From positions 1 through 57,879 of the forward strand of contig NZ_CAUSFQ010000001.1 in assembly GCF_963530955.1 (NCBI RefSeq): a DNA stretch of 57,879 nt, in the 5' to 3' direction. Positions 19,833 through 29,689 of the stretch are shown piece by piece. Made by a program: the position numbers and the translations under genes. The notes under the pieces were generated by a model. It was not told where the DNA came from. It saw only the letters and a program-made list of their open reading frames with translations, and made no database searches. Positions within the stretch are counted from its first letter, which is position 1, and every line of letters starts with the position of its first letter. The DNA comes from Lancefieldella parvula. Lineage in GTDB: Bacteria > Actinomycetota > Coriobacteriia > Coriobacteriales > Atopobiaceae.

Positions 19833-20393
19833 ATGGCAGACGAGAAGTACACACCTCGCCTTAAAGAGCTTTACTACGCATCCGTGCGTGATGCTCTGAA
19901 GGAGAAATTTGGTTATACCAACGTTAACCAGATTCCTAAGTTTGAGAAGATTGTTGTCAACATGGGTGTTGGCGAGGCAGCTACAGACGCTAAGGCAATT
20001 GATGGCGCTGTAAATGACCTCCGTACCATCACTGGTCAGCAGCCACTTGTTACACACGCTCGCAAGTCTATCGCAACCTTTAAGCTTCGCCAGGGTATGC
20101 CAATTGGCGCTAAAGTTACCCTTCGTGGCGATCGTATGTGGGAGTTCCTGGATCGTCTGATCGCAGTTGCAATTCCTCGTATCCGCGACTTCCGTGGTAT
20201 CTCTGCTAAGAGCTTCGACGGCCGTGGTAACTTCTCCATGGGCGTAACCGAGCAGCTCATCTTCCCAGAGATTGACTTTGACAAGATGGACCACACCCGC
20301 GGTATGGACATCACCATTGTCACCACTGCTAACACCAACGAGGAGGGTAAGGCACTTCTCGACGCCTTCCACTTCCCATTCAAGCAGGACTAA
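19833..20393 (+). CDS. rplE: 50S ribosomal protein L5
   Basis: [33 protein letters not shown]. Confidence 0.98.
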   Translation: MADEKYTPRLKELYYASVRDALKEKFGYTNVNQIPKFEKIVVNMGVGEAATDAKAIDGAVNDLRTITGQQPLVTHARKSIATFKLRQGMPIGAKVTLRGDRMWEFLDRLIAVAIPRIRDFRGISAKSFDGRGNFSMGVTEQLIFPEIDFDKMDHTRGMDITIVTTANTNEEGKALLDAFHFPFKQD

Positions 20394-20517
20394 CTTTTAC
20401 CTGTGCTTAAATTAAGCGCATTCCTGTTGGCATCTTCGATGCCGGGTGACATAGTCACCAGCACTATTGTTTGAAGTCATCTTGGCGTTCGCCAAGTTGC
20501 ATTTTGAAGGAGGATTT

Positions 20518-20703
20518 GTGGCTAAGACTTCGATGATCGTCAAAGCCTCGCGTGAGCCGAAGTACTCTACGCGCACACAGAACCGTTGCCAGCGTTGTGG
20601 ACGTCCCCACTCCGTTTACCGCAAGTTTGGTCTGTGCCGTGTGTGCTTCCGTGAGCTAGCGAGCAAGGGCGAGCTTCCTGGTGTCCGCAAGGCAAGCTGG
20701 TAG
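20518..20703 (+). CDS. rpsN: 30S ribosomal protein S14, zinc-binding type Z
   Basis: GTG start after GGAGG; RCQRCGR...LCRVCFRE, 61 aa. Confidence 0.96.
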   Translation: MAKTSMIVKASREPKYSTRTQNRCQRCGRPHSVYRKFGLCRVCFRELASKGELPGVRKASW

Positions 20704-20792
20704 GACTCAGGGCTCTGGCGTCAAGGCATCTGCGCCACGGGTGTAGATGAACCAGACACGCAGTTTCATCATTAACGAAGGAGAAGGATCAA

Positions 20793-21191
20793 ATGAAAAT
20801 TACCGATCCCATTTCAGACATGCTGACGCGTATTCGTAACGCAAACTCAGCTGGCAAGGATTCCGTATCCATGCCATCGAGCAAGGTGCTCGTTGAGATT
20901 GCTCGCGTCATCACCGAAGAGGGCTATGTCGAGGGTTACACCGTTGAGGATACTAAGCCTCAGAAGACTCTTCACATCACCCTTAAGTATGGTAAGAAGC
21001 GCGCTAAGGTTATCCGCGGCATCCGTCGCATTTCTAAGCCTGGTCTGCGCATTTACTCCACCGCTGAGAAGCTTCCACGCGTTCTTGGTGGTCTTGGTAC
21101 TGCAGTGGTTTCCACTTCTAAGGGCATGATGTGCGACCGCGACGCTCGTAAGAACGGCGTTGGCGGCGAGGTCATCGCTTACGTTTGGTAA
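20793..21191 (+). CDS. rpsH: 30S ribosomal protein S8
   Basis: [25 protein letters not shown]. Confidence 0.98.
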   Translation: MKITDPISDMLTRIRNANSAGKDSVSMPSSKVLVEIARVITEEGYVEGYTVEDTKPQKTLHITLKYGKKRAKVIRGIRRISKPGLRIYSTAEKLPRVLGGLGTAVVSTSKGMMCDRDARKNGVGGEVIAYVW

Positions 21192-21218
21192 ATCTGACAG
21201 GAATGAAAGGAGACAGCC

Positions 21219-21755
21219 GTGTCTCGTATTGGTAAGAAGCCTGTCCAGATTCCTGCTGGAGTCACTGTGACAGTTGATAACACCACCGTTACCGTTAAGG
21301 GTTCTAAGGGCGAGCTGACTCGTACTTTCTCTGAGCTGGTTGCTATTGCTCAGGAGGGCGAGGAGATTCTTGTTACTCGCGTTGACGAGTCCACTGAGTC
21401 CAATGCTCAGCAGGGTCTTGTCCGTACCCTTATCCACAACATGGTTGTTGGTGTCTCTGAGGGCTTCGAGAAGAAGCTTGAGCTCACCGGCGTTGGTTAC
21501 CGTGTAGCACTTAAGGGCAAGGATCTTGACCTTTCCCTTGGTTATTCTCATCCAGTTCTCTATGTTGCACCTGAGGGCATTAGCTTTGAGGTACCTGATA
21601 ACACCCACCTTACTGTTAAGGGTATTTCTAAGGAGAAGGTCGGCCAGGTCGCAGCTGAGATTCGTATGAAGCGTCCACCAGAGCCTTACAAGGGCAAGGG
21701 CATTCACTACGAAGGTGAGCACATCCGCAGGAAGCTCGGTAAGGCTGCTAAGTAA
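21219..21755 (+). CDS. rplF: 50S ribosomal protein L6
   Basis: SRIGK, GVGYR, PEPYKGKGI. Confidence 0.98.
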   Translation: MSRIGKKPVQIPAGVTVTVDNTTVTVKGSKGELTRTFSELVAIAQEGEEILVTRVDESTESNAQQGLVRTLIHNMVVGVSEGFEKKLELTGVGYRVALKGKDLDLSLGYSHPVLYVAPEGISFEVPDNTHLTVKGISKEKVGQVAAEIRMKRPPEPYKGKGIHYEGEHIRRKLGKAAK

Positions 21756-21823
21756 AGCAACCCTACTTTTAGGCTAAAAGACCATCACCCCGTTAGGTGA
21801 TGGCATGTCTCTAAGGAGAAGGA

Positions 21824-22192
21824 ATGAACAAGCAGCAGGCGAAAAAGGCGGGTCTCGAACGCCGCAAGCGCCGCGTACGTGCCAAGGTCTTTGGTACACC
21901 TGAGCGTCCGCGTCTTGCAGTTCACCGCACAAACGCAAACATTTATGCACAGCTTATTGACGACGCTTCTGGAAGAACTCTCTGCTCTGCCTCTACGCTT
22001 GACCCAGAGTTCCGTTCTACTGGCAAGGTTGGCTCCAACAAGGAGGCAGCTGAGTTCGTAGGTGAGCTTATCGGTAAGCGCGCTGCCGAGAAGAACGTCA
22101 CTGAGGTCACTTTTGACCGTGGTGGCCGTCTCTATCACGGCCGCGTCAAGGCTTTGGCAGATGGCGCCCGCAACGCGGGCCTGAAGTTCTAG
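21824..22192 (+). CDS. rplR: 50S ribosomal protein L18
   Basis: [21 protein letters not shown]. Confidence 0.98.
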   Translation: MNKQQAKKAGLERRKRRVRAKVFGTPERPRLAVHRTNANIYAQLIDDASGRTLCSASTLDPEFRSTGKVGSNKEAAEFVGELIGKRAAEKNVTEVTFDRGGRLYHGRVKALADGARNAGLKF

Positions 22193-22201
22193 GAGGATTC
22201 A

Positions 22202-22723
22202 ATGGCACGTGATCGTAAGCGCCAGCAGGATACGGATCTTCAGGAGCGCGTCGTTTATATTCACCGCGTTTCCAAGACCGTTAAGGGTGGCCGCCGTATG
22301 TCACTCGTTGCTCTGGTAGTCGTTGGCGACGGTAAGGGTAACGTTGGTATTGGCCAGGGTCGTTCCGCTGAGGTACCTCTGGCAATTCAGAAGGGCGTCG
22401 AGGACGCAAAGAGGAACATGTTCAAGGTCCCACTGACCGAGACTGGTTCCGTACCACACGCAGTCACTGGTCACTACGGTGCAGGTTCTGTTCTTATTAA
22501 GCCTGCATTCGAGGGTACTGGTGTTATTGCTGGTGGTCCTATTCGTCCACTCTTCGAGCTTGCAGGTATCACCAATGTACTTTCTAAGTCCCTTGGTACC
22601 GACAACGCTCTGAACATGATTAAGGCAGCAGCTGAGGGTCTGAAGGAGCTTTCCAGCCCAGAAGAAGCAGCTGAGCGTCGTGGCCTAACCGTCGGCGATA
22701 TGTTCGTCGGAAAGGAGAACTAA
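22202..22723 (+). CDS. rpsE: 30S ribosomal protein S5
   Basis: [23 protein letters not shown]. Confidence 0.98.
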   Translation: MARDRKRQQDTDLQERVVYIHRVSKTVKGGRRMSLVALVVVGDGKGNVGIGQGRSAEVPLAIQKGVEDAKRNMFKVPLTETGSVPHAVTGHYGAGSVLIKPAFEGTGVIAGGPIRPLFELAGITNVLSKSLGTDNALNMIKAAAEGLKELSSPEEAAERRGLTVGDMFVGKEN

Positions 22724-22725
22724 CG

Positions 22726-22911
22726 ATGGCTAAGAACCTTAGCATCAAGCTTGTCCGTGGCGCTGTCGCAGGCGTCAAGAAGGACCAGACTGCTACGGTG
22801 AAGGCCCTCGGCCTCCACAAGATCGGCGATACCGTCGAGCAGCCTGACAACCCAAGCATTCGTGGAATGATCTTCAAGGTTAAGCACCTTGTCGAGGTTG
22901 AAGAGAACTAG
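22726..22911 (+). CDS. rpmD: 50S ribosomal protein L30
   Basis: ALGLHKI...IRGMI.KV.HLV; operon position. Confidence 0.95.
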   Translation: MAKNLSIKLVRGAVAGVKKDQTATVKALGLHKIGDTVEQPDNPSIRGMIFKVKHLVEVEEN

Positions 22912-22922
22912 AGGTAGTAATA

Positions 22923-23369
22923 ATGCAGCTCAATGATCTTCGCCCCGCAGTGGGTTCGCGCAAAAATCGTAAGCGCGTAGGTCGCGGTAATTCTTCAGGC
23001 AATGGTACTTTTGCCGGCCGCGGTATGAATGGTCAGCTCTCCCGCTCTGGTGGCGGTAAGGGCGCTGGCTTCGAGGGTGGACAGCAGCCACTGGCTATGC
23101 GTCTTCCTAAGCTTCCTGGTTTCACTAACCACAACCGTGTTGAGTACGCTCCAGTCAACGTTGCTCGTCTGAATGCTCTCTTTGCAGACGGCGAGACCGT
23201 AGACGCAGAGGCTCTGGTTGCTAAGGGAGTTATTAAGTACAACTTCATCCCAGTCAAGGTTCTGGGTGATGGCGAGCTTTCTAAGAAGCTCACTGTTAAG
23301 GTCGACAAGGTTTCCGCCTCCGCAAAGGCTAAGATCGAGGCGGCCGGTGGAAAGGTTGAGGCCGAGTAG
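22923..23369 (+). CDS. rplO: 50S ribosomal protein L15
   Basis: RVGRG, FEGGQ.PL..RLPK, KIEAAGG. Confidence 0.98.
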   Translation: MQLNDLRPAVGSRKNRKRVGRGNSSGNGTFAGRGMNGQLSRSGGGKGAGFEGGQQPLAMRLPKLPGFTNHNRVEYAPVNVARLNALFADGETVDAEALVAKGVIKYNFIPVKVLGDGELSKKLTVKVDKVSASAKAKIEAAGGKVEAE

Positions 23370-24649
23370 TGAGTAAAGGAATCGCCAACGCATTTCGTGT
23401 TCCGGAACTAAGGGGAAAGATTCTCCTTACGGTACTGATTCTTCTTCTGTACCGTTTTGGTGCGTATCTTCCTGTGCCCGGTGCTCCATTCCAGCAGATG
23501 CTTTCTGTTTATCAGAATGGTCTTTCTAAGAATGGCGCAATGGCCGTGCTTAACCTATTTTCGGGTGGCGCTCTTTCTCGCATGTCTGTTTTCAGTCTGG
23601 GCATCATGCCTTACATTACGGCTCAGATCATCTTCCAGATGATGCAGTCCGTTATTCCATCTCTTGGCGAGCTTGCTAAAGATGGTGAGAGCGGCCAGCG
23701 TAAGATTACGCAGTACACGCGTTATCTTACGGTTGGCCTAGCTCTGCTCAATGCAGTTGGTTACCTGTTCTTGTTTAAGAGCTATGGTGTATCTTTTGCA
23801 TCTATGGAGGGCGTGCCTGAGGCACTTGAAAACTTCCTGGTAGTCTTTACCATGCTAGTTGGTGCCATCATTATTATGTGGCTCGGTGAGGTTATTACCC
23901 AGCAGGGTGTTGGCAACGGAATGAGTCTTATCATCTTTGCAAACATCATGGCTGGACTTCCAACAGCCCTTATTTCTTCAGTAGCTACTCGTGGAAACAT
24001 TGTTCTTACCGTTGTTACTGTTGTGGTTATGCTCGCTATTATTCCGCTCATTGTTTACATTGAGCGTGGTCAGCGTCGTATTCCTATCAACTATGCCAAG
24101 CGCGTTGTTGGTCGTCGTATGATGGGTGGTCAGTCAACGTACCTTCCAATTAAGGTAAACACTGCAGGCGTTGTGCCAATCATCTTTGCATCTGCAATCC
24201 TGTACCTTCCTGCTCAGGTTGCTGTGTTCTTCCCAGGAGTAGAGTGGATTCAAAATCTTGCTACTTCACTTTCTTCTGGATGGGTTAACTGGGTTCTCTC
24301 AGTTATGTTCATTGTCTTCTTTGCATACTTCTACACCTCAATGGTGTTCAATCCAGAGGAGACAGCAGACCAGCTTAAGAAGCAGGGTGGCTTTATTCCT
24401 GGTGTTCGTCCAGGTACTGCTACTTCAACGTATATCAAGACTGTTATTGACAGAGTCACCCTCCCCGGTGCTATCTTTATGGCAGTTCTTGCAATCGTCC
24501 CAACCATTATTTTCTGGTTCACAGGCGATTCGTTGATACAGGCGTTTGGTGGAACTTCCGTCCTTATTATGGTCGGTGTTGCAATGGATACACTCTCTTC
24601 CATTGAGTCCCACCTTAAGATGCACAACTATGAGGGCTTCTTTAAGTAG
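23369..24649 (+). CDS. secY: Preprotein translocase SecY
   Basis: LGIMPYITA, GNGMSLIIF, AGVVPIIFA, GFIPGVRPG, GGTS. Confidence 0.98.
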   Translation: MSKGIANAFRVPELRGKILLTVLILLLYRFGAYLPVPGAPFQQMLSVYQNGLSKNGAMAVLNLFSGGALSRMSVFSLGIMPYITAQIIFQMMQSVIPSLGELAKDGESGQRKITQYTRYLTVGLALLNAVGYLFLFKSYGVSFASMEGVPEALENFLVVFTMLVGAIIIMWLGEVITQQGVGNGMSLIIFANIMAGLPTALISSVATRGNIVLTVVTVVVMLAIIPLIVYIERGQRRIPINYAKRVVGRRMMGGQSTYLPIKVNTAGVVPIIFASAILYLPAQVAVFFPGVEWIQNLATSLSSGWVNWVLSVMFIVFFAYFYTSMVFNPEETADQLKKQGGFIPGVRPGTATSTYIKTVIDRVTLPGAIFMAVLAIVPTIIFWFTGDSLIQAFGGTSVLIMVGVAMDTLSSIESHLKMHNYEGFFK

Positions 24650-24666
24650 TTCTTAATACGTAGCAT

Positions 24667-24693
24667 AAAGGGGCCTGGAAACAGGCCCCTTTT
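24667..24693 (+). terminator. Terminator-like hairpin after secY
   Basis: AAAGGGGCCTG-gaaa-CAGGCCCCTTTT. Confidence 0.75.
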
Positions 24694-24716
24694 ATTATTT
24701 GAAAGGAAGGCGAAGC

Positions 24717-25343
24717 ATGAACATTGTTCTTCTCGGCGCACCTGGCGCTGGCAAGGGTACACAGGCTCAGAAGCTCGTTGCAGAGTATGGACTTGCTCAC
24801 ATCTCAACCGGTGACCTTCTTCGTGCTGCTGTTAAAGCTCAGTCTGAGCTTGGCGTTAAGGCTAAAGAGTATATGGATGCTGGTCAGCTTGTTCCAGATC
24901 AGCTTGTCATTGACCTGGTAAAAGAGCGCCTTTCTGCAGACGATGCAAAGGCTGGTTTTATTCTTGATGGCTTCCCACGCAACACCGCTCAGGCAGTAAC
25001 CCTTGATTCTGAGCTTCAGAATATGGGCCTCAAGCTTGATGCAGCTCTGCTTGTTGCTGTTGAGCCAGAGGTTATTGTTGAGCGTCTTTCTTCTCGCCGT
25101 ACGTGCAAAGAGTGTGGTTATACTGCACCTGCTGGTACAGAGACTTGCCCAAATTGCTCTGGTGAGATGTATCAGCGTGATGACGATAAGCCAGAGACAA
25201 TTCGTAAGCGTCTTGATGTATACGAGAACCAGACTTCTCCTTTGATCGAGTACTACAAGGGTCATGGAATTCTGAAGGAGGTCAACGGAGATCGTCCTGT
25301 TGACGAGGTATTCGCCGACGTAAAGACACTCCTCGCACTATGA
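24717..25343 (+). CDS. adk: Adenylate kinase
   Basis: GAPGAGKGTQ, STGDLLR, GFILDGFPR, zinc lid CKEC/CPNC. Confidence 0.97.
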   Translation: MNIVLLGAPGAGKGTQAQKLVAEYGLAHISTGDLLRAAVKAQSELGVKAKEYMDAGQLVPDQLVIDLVKERLSADDAKAGFILDGFPRNTAQAVTLDSELQNMGLKLDAALLVAVEPEVIVERLSSRRTCKECGYTAPAGTETCPNCSGEMYQRDDDKPETIRKRLDVYENQTSPLIEYYKGHGILKEVNGDRPVDEVFADVKTLLAL

Positions 25344-26128
25344 TTACGATAAAAACACCTGAACAAATCGAGGCAATGAAGGTGTCGGGCGCCCTTTCTA
25401 AGGCAGCTCTTCGCCGTGCTGGATCCATGATTAGACCTGGTGTTTCAACGCTCGAGATTGACCGTGCTGTTGAAGCTTTTATTAGACTTCATGGCGGAAC
25501 CCCTACCTTTAAGGGCTACGGTGGATTCCCTGGATCTGTTTGCTCTTCTATTAACGAGCAGATTGTTCACGGTATTCCATCAGCTAACGTCATTTTGCAA
25601 GATGGCGATATTCTGACCATTGACACGGGTGCTACCGTTAACGGTTGGGCAGGAGATAACGCTTGGACGTTCTACTGCGGAACAGTTGACGAGAAAACCC
25701 AGGCACTTTGCGAGGTTACCCGCGATTGCCTTAAGGCAGGTATTGCAGCTGCTGTTCCTGGTGCTCGCCTTGGCGATGTTGGACATGCAGTTCAGAAACT
25801 TGCTGAGGATAATGGCTATGGTGTCATTCGTGATTTTGTTGGTCATGGTATTGGTCGCAATCTTCACGAGGATCCAGAGGTCAGAAACTATGGTCGTGCA
25901 GGCAACGGCATTGTTCTTCGTGAGGGAATGGTAATTGCAATTGAGCCTATGATTGCTATGGGTACCTACGATTGCACCGTTCTTGAAAATGGTTGGACCG
26001 TTGTTACAGATGATGGCCTGCCATCAGCACATTATGAGAACACGGTTGCTATTACTGCCGATGGTCCCGTTATCGTTTCAGAAGATGAAGTTGGTCCATG
26101 GTGCGAGATGCAAGGCGGTCTTGAGTAA
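25340..26128 (+). CDS. map: Methionine aminopeptidase type I
   Basis: VHGIP, GHGIG..HEDP, IAIEPMI, SAHYENT. Confidence 0.96.
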   Translation: MITIKTPEQIEAMKVSGALSKAALRRAGSMIRPGVSTLEIDRAVEAFIRLHGGTPTFKGYGGFPGSVCSSINEQIVHGIPSANVILQDGDILTIDTGATVNGWAGDNAWTFYCGTVDEKTQALCEVTRDCLKAGIAAAVPGARLGDVGHAVQKLAEDNGYGVIRDFVGHGIGRNLHEDPEVRNYGRAGNGIVLREGMVIAIEPMIAMGTYDCTVLENGWTVVTDDGLPSAHYENTVAITADGPVIVSEDEVGPWCEMQGGLE

Positions 26129-26241
26129 CACATACATTGTTTTTCTCGCTATCTAATTGTGTTGAAAAAATAAGTGATAGACGAGTGGCACATTTTTATG
26201 TATTATTGATAACCGCTGTCGATGTGTCGAGAGGATGAAAG

Positions 26242-26460
26242 TTGGCTAAACAAGACGCGATTGAGCTTGAAGGCAAGGTACTAGAACCCCTGCCAAACGC
26301 TATGTTTAACGTTGAGTTAGAGAACGGCAAGACCATCCTTTGCACCATCTCAGGTAAGATTCGAATGAACTATATTCGAATTCTCCCTGGTGACAAGGTT
26401 GTAGTAGAGATTTCTCCTTACGATCTTACCAGGGGTCGCATTACCTACCGTTATAAGTAA
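26242..26460 (+). CDS. infA: Translation initiation factor IF-1
   Basis: [24 protein letters not shown]. Confidence 0.98.
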   Translation: MAKQDAIELEGKVLEPLPNAMFNVELENGKTILCTISGKIRMNYIRILPGDKVVVEISPYDLTRGRITYRYK

Positions 26461-26606
26461 GTAATGCAAAAACCTCGTGCCATGCATGAGGTTATCTGTG
26501 TCTTTGTGCACGTCGCAAGGGCACATGTACGTAAGTACAGTCGGTATTTCACGCCAGCGGCTGGGCGAGTATATAGTTCGTATCAGCAGAACCGAAAGGA
26601 AGACAC

Positions 26607-26720
26607 ATGAAGGTACGTCCTTCGGTAAAGAAGATGTGCGACAAGTGCAAAGTCATCCGTCGCCACGGTAAGGTTTACGTGATTTGCGAGAACCCGCGCC
26701 ACAAGCAGCGTCAGGGCTAA
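26607..26720 (+). CDS. rpmJ: 50S ribosomal protein L36 (not in ORF track)
   Basis: Read directly: [37 protein letters not shown]. Confidence 0.97.
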   Translation: MKVRPSVKKMCDKCKVIRRHGKVYVICENPRHKQRQG

Positions 26721-26735
26721 GGAAGGAGCACCAAG

Positions 26736-27104
26736 TTGGCCCGTATTAACGGCGTCGACCTGCCACGCGATAAGCGTGTTGAGGTCGGACTCACCTATCT
26801 TTACGGCATTGGTCAGACTCGTGCAACCAAGATTTGCAACGAGACTGGTATCGATGTAAATACTCGCGTCAAGGACCTCACAGAGGAAGAAGTCACCAAG
26901 ATTCGTGACTTTATTGACGCAAATTACACCACCGAGGGCGATCTTCGCCGCGAGGTGCGTCAAAATGTTGCCCGCCTGATGGAGATTGGCTGCTACCGCG
27001 GCCTCCGTCACCGCAAGGGCCTCCCTGTCCACGGTCAGCGTACCCACACTAACGCTCGTACTCGTAAGGGTAAGAAGCGTCAGGTGGGCGGCAAGAAGAA
27101 GTAG
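26736..27104 (+). CDS. rpsM: 30S ribosomal protein S13
   Basis: [30 protein letters not shown]. Confidence 0.98.
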   Translation: MARINGVDLPRDKRVEVGLTYLYGIGQTRATKICNETGIDVNTRVKDLTEEEVTKIRDFIDANYTTEGDLRREVRQNVARLMEIGCYRGLRHRKGLPVHGQRTHTNARTRKGKKRQVGGKKK

Positions 27105-27118
27105 GCGAGGAGTAGCTA

Positions 27119-27520
27119 ATGGCACAGAAAAAGAACGCTCGCACTACACGCGTCCGCCGCTCCGAGCGTAAAAACATTGCAGTGGGCCAGGCCCACATCA
27201 AGAGCACATTCAATAACACGATTGTCTCTATTTCCGATCCCCAGGGTAATGTAATTTCCTGGCAGTCCGGTGGTACCGTCGGCTTCAAGGGCTCTCGTAA
27301 GTCCACTCCTTTTGCTGCACAGCTTGCAGCAGAGGCAGCAGCAAAGGCAGCAATGGAGCACGGTCTCCACAAGGTAGCTGTTTTTGTTAAGGGCCCAGGC
27401 TCTGGTCGCGAGACCGCAATCCGTTCCCTTCAGGCAGCAGGCCTCGAGGTTTCGGGTATTCAGGATAAGACACCTATTGCACACAACGGCTGCCGTCCTA
27501 AAAAGCGCCGTCGCAACTAG
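27119..27520 (+). CDS. rpsK: 30S ribosomal protein S11
   Basis: STFNNT, KSTPFAA, GPGSGRE, HNGCRP. Confidence 0.98.
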   Translation: MAQKKNARTTRVRRSERKNIAVGQAHIKSTFNNTIVSISDPQGNVISWQSGGTVGFKGSRKSTPFAAQLAAEAAAKAAMEHGLHKVAVFVKGPGSGRETAIRSLQAAGLEVSGIQDKTPIAHNGCRPKKRRRN

Positions 27521-27537
27521 CACGAAAGGACAAGCAA

Positions 27538-28131
27538 ATGGCAATTGATAGGACCCCGGTCCTTAAAAGATGTCGTCAGCTTGGCATCGATCCCGTTGTG
27601 ATGGGGATCAATAAGACTTCTAACCGTGAGCCACGTCGCCGTCGTCGCCAGGAGAGCGAGTACGGTATGCAGCTCCGTGAGAAGCAGAAGGCTAAGTTCA
27701 TTTACGGCGTCCTTGAGAACCAGTTCCACGGCTACTATGAAATGGCTAAGAAGAACCCAGGCATTACTGGTGACAACCTGATGAGCATTCTTGAGACTCG
27801 TCTTGACAACGTCATCTTCCGCCTTGGCTTTGCTCGTACACGTAAAGAGGCTCGTCAGACTGTTCGTCACGGTCACATCACCGTTAACGGTCAGCGCGTT
27901 GACATTCCTTCTTATCGCGTAAAGAGCGGCGATGTTATCGCTGTCGCTTCCAAGGCAAAGGATCTTCTTCCAATCAAGGAAGCTCTCATTTCCTCCGAGC
28001 ACATGGCAGTTCCTGCATGGCTTGAGGTTGACATTGAGAAGCTGCAGGGCACTGTTCTTCAGCTTCCAACCCGCGATCAGATCGACCTTGAGATTGACGC
28101 ACAGCTGATCGTCGAGCTCTACTCCAAGTAA
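27538..28131 (+). CDS. rpsD: 30S ribosomal protein S4
   Basis: QLREKQK, LETRLDNV.FRLG, LIVELYSK. Confidence 0.97.
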   Translation: MAIDRTPVLKRCRQLGIDPVVMGINKTSNREPRRRRRQESEYGMQLREKQKAKFIYGVLENQFHGYYEMAKKNPGITGDNLMSILETRLDNVIFRLGFARTRKEARQTVRHGHITVNGQRVDIPSYRVKSGDVIAVASKAKDLLPIKEALISSEHMAVPAWLEVDIEKLQGTVLQLPTRDQIDLEIDAQLIVELYSK

Positions 28132-28155
28132 GCCCGACCCGTTTTGGAGGTAGCA

Positions 28156-29097
28156 ATGTCCGAATTTATCCGACCAAATGTGTCGGTAGATGAAATCGGC
28201 GCAAACGTCGCTCGTGTGAGCGTAGAGCCGCTTGAGCGTGGCTATGGTGACACGCTTGGCAACTCCCTCCGCCGCGTACTGCTTTCCTCTCTTGAGGGAG
28301 CTGCGGTTGAGGCCATCCAGATTGATGGCGTTCAGCATGAGTTCACTACGGTTGAAGGCGTCTATGAGGACGTTACTGACATCGTTCTGAACGTTAAGGG
28401 CCTAGTTTTCCGCAACACCAACAACTCTGATGAGGCTGAGGCTTCTATCTCTGTTGATGGTCCTTGCACAGTCACTGGTGCTGATCTTGATGTTCCTATG
28501 GGCTATGAGCTGGTTAACCCAGCTCAGCACATTTGCACTCTTGCTGAGGGAGCTCATCTTTCCATGAGACTTCGCCTTGGTAATGGTCGCGGTTATGTTT
28601 CCGGTGAGGATAACGAGCGCGAGAGCGATCCAATTGGATTCATTCACGTTGACTCGATTTTCTCGCCAGTTCGCCGCTGCGCTAAGGCTGTTGAGCCTTG
28701 CCGTGTTGGCCGTCACACCGACTATGATCGTCTGGTGCTTGAGGTTGAGACCAATGGTGCAATCAGCCCTCGCGAGGCTGTCGTTGAGGCTGCAAACATC
28801 ATTAACCAGCACATGAGCGCATTCATGGGACTTACTGATTTTGACGAGACTCAGGAAGAGGCTTCGATTTTTGCTAAGGCAGACGTCGAGGACGATTCCG
28901 AGCTTGAGAAGCAGGTTGAGGATTTGGACCTTTCCGTCCGTTCTTACAACTGCCTCAAGCGTGCAGGAATTCACTCTGTCCGTCAGCTCGTTGATTTCTC
29001 TGAGAACGATCTTCTCAACATCAGAAACTTTGGTGTTAAGTCTATTGAAGAAGTCAAGGAAAAGCTCGAGAGCATGGGCCTGTCCCTTAAGGCTTAG
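28156..29097 (+). CDS. rpoA: RNA polymerase alpha subunit
   Basis: EPLERGYG.TLGNSLRRVLLSS, LSVRSYNCLKRAGI, NFG.KS. Confidence 0.98.
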   Translation: MSEFIRPNVSVDEIGANVARVSVEPLERGYGDTLGNSLRRVLLSSLEGAAVEAIQIDGVQHEFTTVEGVYEDVTDIVLNVKGLVFRNTNNSDEAEASISVDGPCTVTGADLDVPMGYELVNPAQHICTLAEGAHLSMRLRLGNGRGYVSGEDNERESDPIGFIHVDSIFSPVRRCAKAVEPCRVGRHTDYDRLVLEVETNGAISPREAVVEAANIINQHMSAFMGLTDFDETQEEASIFAKADVEDDSELEKQVEDLDLSVRSYNCLKRAGIHSVRQLVDFSENDLLNIRNFGVKSIEEVKEKLESMGLSLKA

Positions 29098-29130
29098 TCG
29101 CGCCTTGTCACGCATAGGAGAATGTAAATT

Positions 29131-29616
29131 ATGAGGCACAATAAGAAGAGGGGCATGAAGCTTGGTACTGATGCTAGCCACACCAAGGCCATCAAGAAGA
29201 GCCTGATCCAAGCCCTTTTCACTAACGATCGTATTAAGACTCTTGACGTCCGCGCTAAGGCAGTTCGCGGCGAGGTCGACAAGGTCATCACTTGGGCAAA
29301 GCGCGGCGACCTTCACGCTCGTCGTCTTGCTATGGCCAAGGTTGGTAACGCAGAGCTTGTCCGTGAGGTATTTGACAAGGCTGCTCAGGGTATGTGGGCT
29401 GACCGCAATGGCGGCTACACCCGTATCATGAAGCTTGGTCCTCGTAAGGGCGATGCTTCTGAGGTTGTTATCCTTGAGCTCGTTACCGAGCCAGTTCAGC
29501 CAAAGGCTTCTAACAAGAAGGCTAAGGCTACCAAGGTTGCTCCTGCTCCTGTAAAGGAAGAGGAGACCGAGGCTCCAGCAGAGGAGACCGAGCAGACCGA
29601 AGAGGCTGCAGAGTAA
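29131..29616 (+). CDS. rplQ: 50S ribosomal protein L17 with Lys/Ala-rich then acidic tail
   Basis: MRH, GGYTRIMK.GPRKGDA. Confidence 0.96.
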   Translation: MRHNKKRGMKLGTDASHTKAIKKSLIQALFTNDRIKTLDVRAKAVRGEVDKVITWAKRGDLHARRLAMAKVGNAELVREVFDKAAQGMWADRNGGYTRIMKLGPRKGDASEVVILELVTEPVQPKASNKKAKATKVAPAPVKEEETEAPAEETEQTEEAAE

Positions 29617-29635
29617 CTTCTGTCAAAGTGAATCT

Positions 29636-29671
29636 GAAGAGGTCCTGGCTTTTTGCTGGGACCTCTTTTTC
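29636..29671 (+). terminator. Intrinsic terminator after rplQ
   Basis: AAGAGGTCCTGGC-ttttt-GCTGGGACCTCTT plus T run. Confidence 0.8.
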
Positions 29672-29689
29672 AAATAAAGGAGGGTTGTC

